NCBI RefSeq assembly: GCF_963921235.1
Contig: NC_086108.1
Coordinates: forward strand, 45,634,001-45,698,000
Length of the DNA: 64,000 nt
From: Mobula hypostoma
Taxonomy: Eukaryota
Direction of reading: 5' to 3'
Positions 60,200 through 64,000 of the stretch are shown in pieces. Position 1 is the stretch's first letter; each line of letters starts with the position of its first letter. A model generated the notes under the pieces. It did no database searches. It was not told the origin of the DNA and saw only the letters and a program-made list of their open reading frames with translations. A program made the translations under genes and the position numbers.

Positions 60200-61059
60200 C
60201 TAGGTTTTACCTTCTTGCCTTTCGCCAAGTGCTTTCAAAGATTTTTCTGCCACTTTTCCATCACAGACAGCTGTTGTTTGGGAACCCTCCTTTACGGCAG
60301 GTAAAACCATTGTTGTGCTCCCCAAGAGGGCACTAGTAGAGTGAGCCAGGGAGGTAAACTGTTGCCTCAGGCTAGGGTGCTGGAAGGTCATGGTGCTCCA
60401 TAAAGCAAACTCACTAGAAACAAAGGGGTGATTTCCAGACAAAGTTGGTCTGAAAAATGTTGGCACTGGATAATGACTAGGCTGTGTAACTGTTTGATTT
60501 AGATTAGGCAAACTTGCCACAACATTATGGTTGCTGGGAGCTACCTGGAATGGATCAGATGGGGACCTAAAGGCAGAACTCAGTGACCAAGCTGTTGAGG
60601 ATAAAGGATAGTGACCGGAACTGCAGTCAGCTATGTCCTTGGAATTCTGCTGACTTCCCCTTCTCCTAGCATTACTGGACAATAAGGTTTCAATTGCTGA
60701 AACCAAGTCATCACTGCACCCTTTCAGTATCAGTTCCAACACAGACTGTTTCTGGTTTGGAAATATTTTTGTCAGAACTTCAATAGGAGGTCTTTTGAAT
60801 TCCCCTGGAGGGAACATGTCCTTAAGTACATCTTCAGACTTAAAGAACTTCTTGATGTCTTTGAAATTATATCTGGTGCCATCTTTAACCTGTACTGTGT
60901 CTTCCTTCTTTTGCTCTGTGTCATTGTTTGACTCAGCCAGTAGTGTTGGTGCATCACTATTCTGGGTATCTGTGGGTGAAATCAACTCTTCTACATTATT
61001 TTCCATCATGTTTATTTGCTTCTTCTCATTAACATTTCCTTCTGCATCTTCATATTCAT
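60200..61059 (-). CDS. dmrt3-like: Terminal coding exon of a DMRT3-like (doublesex/mab-3 related, DMA domain) transcription factor
   Basis: DMA domain [38 protein letters not shown] (60680-60793); DMRT3-type motifs YPLSSTAWSLSSAFR and LWSTMT.Q; splice acceptor TTTTCAG at 61060 with an open phase-1 frame (EYEDAEGN..); stop at 60200; AATAAA on minus strand at 60109 and 60041. Confidence 0.88.
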
Positions 61060-64000
61060 CTGAAAATATATAAATACAATATTATAAATGGTGGCAAATA
61101 ATCGGCTTGCAATGTTGTGTATGGTAATCCATAAGAATACATTTTTTACAATGTTGCATTTTGGAGAATAATTTTATGAAGGGCCTATCTTTCTTTGACT
61201 GCTTTTTTTTCTATCAGATTTTGAATTTGGTTGTCGACTTCCTCAACTCTTCACATTCTGGCCTGTTCATATCACCAGTGGAACACGATATTTCCGGCAA
61301 AGGGTTGGTTCTGGTGTATCCAATAACCTACCTCTTCAGACAGTTAACATACTACCCGTATGTAGCTCAGCAAAAATCATCTAATTGTCCTTCAGGTATA
61401 TACAAACCTCTACAGCTACCCCAAATTCGGACTGTGACATTGTTCTGCACGCCATACTCCCCAAGAGATCATTGAATTCGGCTCATATGGAGATTATTCT
61501 GGACTACGGCGCTTCTTCCACTGCTGAAACTTTGTGTGCAAGTTGAGCAGTGTTTCTGTGTTCTGCCACTTCCTTGTGTATTAAAACCCAGTACTCATCA
61601 AACCTTTTTGGGGAGTCGCAAGGGACCGAAGCTGCTGGAATCTGTAGCAAAACAAAAAAGAAACTGGAACCGAAACGCCGACCAGAACCTCCAGTCCACC
61701 GGTGCTCTACGATCGGCTCGGTTCGTCTACAACCTTTTTTCTGTCTTTTCCAACAGCCTGTGTTTTTGGATCACCGCGGATGTTCTCCGCAACTGGATTC
61801 ACTTTAGAGTGTGACCATTTGCTAAGGATTGCCGGCCAGCAAATGAGGCGAGTTCGCGTTCATTTAAACTGAATATTAATCTGACCAATATTTGTTGTTA
61901 TATATAGAGGGGTCATACTTTACTTAAGTCTGTATGTTATCTGTTGGCGGATATCATTTTTAAAAATTTCAGTCCATTTGTAAACTTTTTGGAAGGAAAA
62001 CTACGTGAAAAGTTTGTCGCCTTCCCAAATTGCGGAAGCGAGTTCGCCACACATCCATGAAATAACCACTCGCTGTTCTTTTTTTTACTTAGAATACATG
62101 GTAATATTTAAAATATAGGTAACGTATTATTTCTTTGCAATAACTCAGATTAAAGTCAATAAGGGAAAACGAATCACCCAAGTGAGATCTATTTAAAATA
62201 TCGCACATATAGGACAGGGACAGAAAACAGTTTGACTGTACGTGTGATCTGCCTGAACTGAGAATCGCTTCGTCCGAACATCCAAAGAAATTATAATCCA
62301 GCAAAACTCTCGCCAATTTGATAAACCTTTAATTAAATAGAATAACTCATTATTTACATGAAAGTGTCCCGTTAGTTTCTATCTGATTAATACTCATAGA
62401 TTCAAATGAAAGTTATGGTTTACTTGCGTGTTTTTTTTTGACATTTTGTTCACATTATTCGAATGTAAATAGTATTGACAAGAATAACACGTCACCAACA
62501 ATTTATAACAGGTTACCAGTTGATGTTGTAAACAATTTGTTAGATACTTCAATTTATAACCTGTTATACGTTATTATTTTCGTTTGTCCGGCCAAATCCA
62601 AATCGTATCTACTCTGTTTCAACCGTACGGAACAACTTTTTTATTTTGCTTAAACTCTTGATTGATAATGTGAAAAGGTCAATCGGCTCCTTTAGTTAGA
62701 GCAGCAACCTCTGACTATCTCAGTATAGTTCAGCAATCGGCATTGGGGAGTCTTTGCAGAATGTCAATCTAGATCATTGCTATATACTTTAAATCTATAT
62801 TTGGAACAAACATATGGAAATGTCACTAAAGTGTTTTATCAAAATTTATTAAAGCGCGGTTTTATTAAAATAATGACGTTCATAAAAGTAAGGTTTTTAA
62901 AAAGAAATATGTAGAAATGATCCCAGCAGTAGGTCTCTCTTTGTTTCAATTGTAACCAGGCAATTTGATCCCTTAATCCTTGCACTGTGCAGATTAATCA
63001 CGTCCCTGGGGCTGAAACGGTAAACGCGGGTCATCCAAACAGATCAATCCCCCCTTTCACCCCAACGCAATTATCATAACCAGAGCCTCATGCCTTTGAA
63101 CTAGCCGGCTCTTTGATTTGTTATGTTGAGAATTAACGCGGAAAAAACAAGCAGGAAGCCAATTTGTAGTAAGAATAATAAGACCCTTAAGTGTTCACAG
63201 ACAAGAGGATAACAAGTGTGGCTTGCTATGCCACTGATTATGCAGTTAAAATGACATCCAGATTGTTGCATTCACTCCAGATTCTGTGCTCCATTCATTA
63301 AACTAAAACGCTCTACCCCCTTGTTCGACATAAGTAATTCATGTCCATGTAGCCATGAAATTGTTTGCGGAATTTTTTTAAGGGGCAATATTATATTTCT
63401 TGTTAACCTTCCTGGAGTCGGAAAAATCTTGCGAAATCACCTCACACGTAATGAAGATGAGGAGACAGATGAGGTGCTTTTGCTAACTGAACAAACACCC
63501 CTAATACATAGAATTTTTTTTCGCAGTGGGTTAGTTTAATATATGCTGAACAAATCGGGATTCCCCATTCCTGACCGCCCGAGTCTACGGCCAGGAGAAT
63601 CAGACTGTTTGGGGTGTTCAAAGGGGGTATGAGTTGCAGGCGTGAAAAAAAAAAACCCGTCCAATTCTCTCATTCGGGGCAGATTTGAGGAATTCTGTCT
63701 TATAATGTTTCCAGAGGAGAAAAAAATAAACATCCAATTTTGTAGACTCCCTTCATGCTAATATCTCCATGAATGCAAGCTTGTAACGTTGTTACATGTC
63801 CTGGAAAATAGCAAACTCCCCATTATGAATTAAGTACAACAGTGGCCGCCTCGTTCTTAGAATGGGTGAAACAAAACGGATCATACATTGTATGCTGACG
63901 TTTTGAAAAAAAAATTCTTAAAGGCTTCCTCATACAAAATGAATGTATTTTTAAATCTAAATTCCCAAGTGAATGTGAGACACTTACCAGGTCCCAAGAG

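Noticed and set aside
61060..64000. Search for the DM-domain exon (CARCRNHG)
   Set aside because: Not seen in the ORF track or by eye; short ORFs here lack recognisable motifs; presumably beyond the window

Overview
This is eukaryotic (vertebrate) genomic DNA, most likely from a cartilaginous fish. That assignment is inferred from abundant CR1 LINEs, HE1-like V-SINEs and Penelope tails. Positions ~1-58,200 are mostly nested transposable elements: many CR1 LINE fragments (two nearly full length), Rex1/Babar, RTE, a Hero-type RLE retrotransposon, SINEs, two hAT-like DNA elements, Penelope-like elements and several Ty3/Gypsy LTR elements. The LTR elements are a decayed sushi-like element, an internally deleted chromovirus with an apparent self-priming PBS, a young Gmr1-like element with an intact 786-aa Gag-SCAN-protease ORF, a TRIM-like tandem-repeat element and a solo LTR. 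Eight copies of a Penelope-type minimal hammerhead ribozyme motif are present. The repeat-poor right end contains the last coding exon (minus strand, 60200-61059) of a divergent DMRT3-like gene with a DMA domain; its DM-domain exon is not in the window. All family assignments are by-eye motif recognition, and no searches were run.
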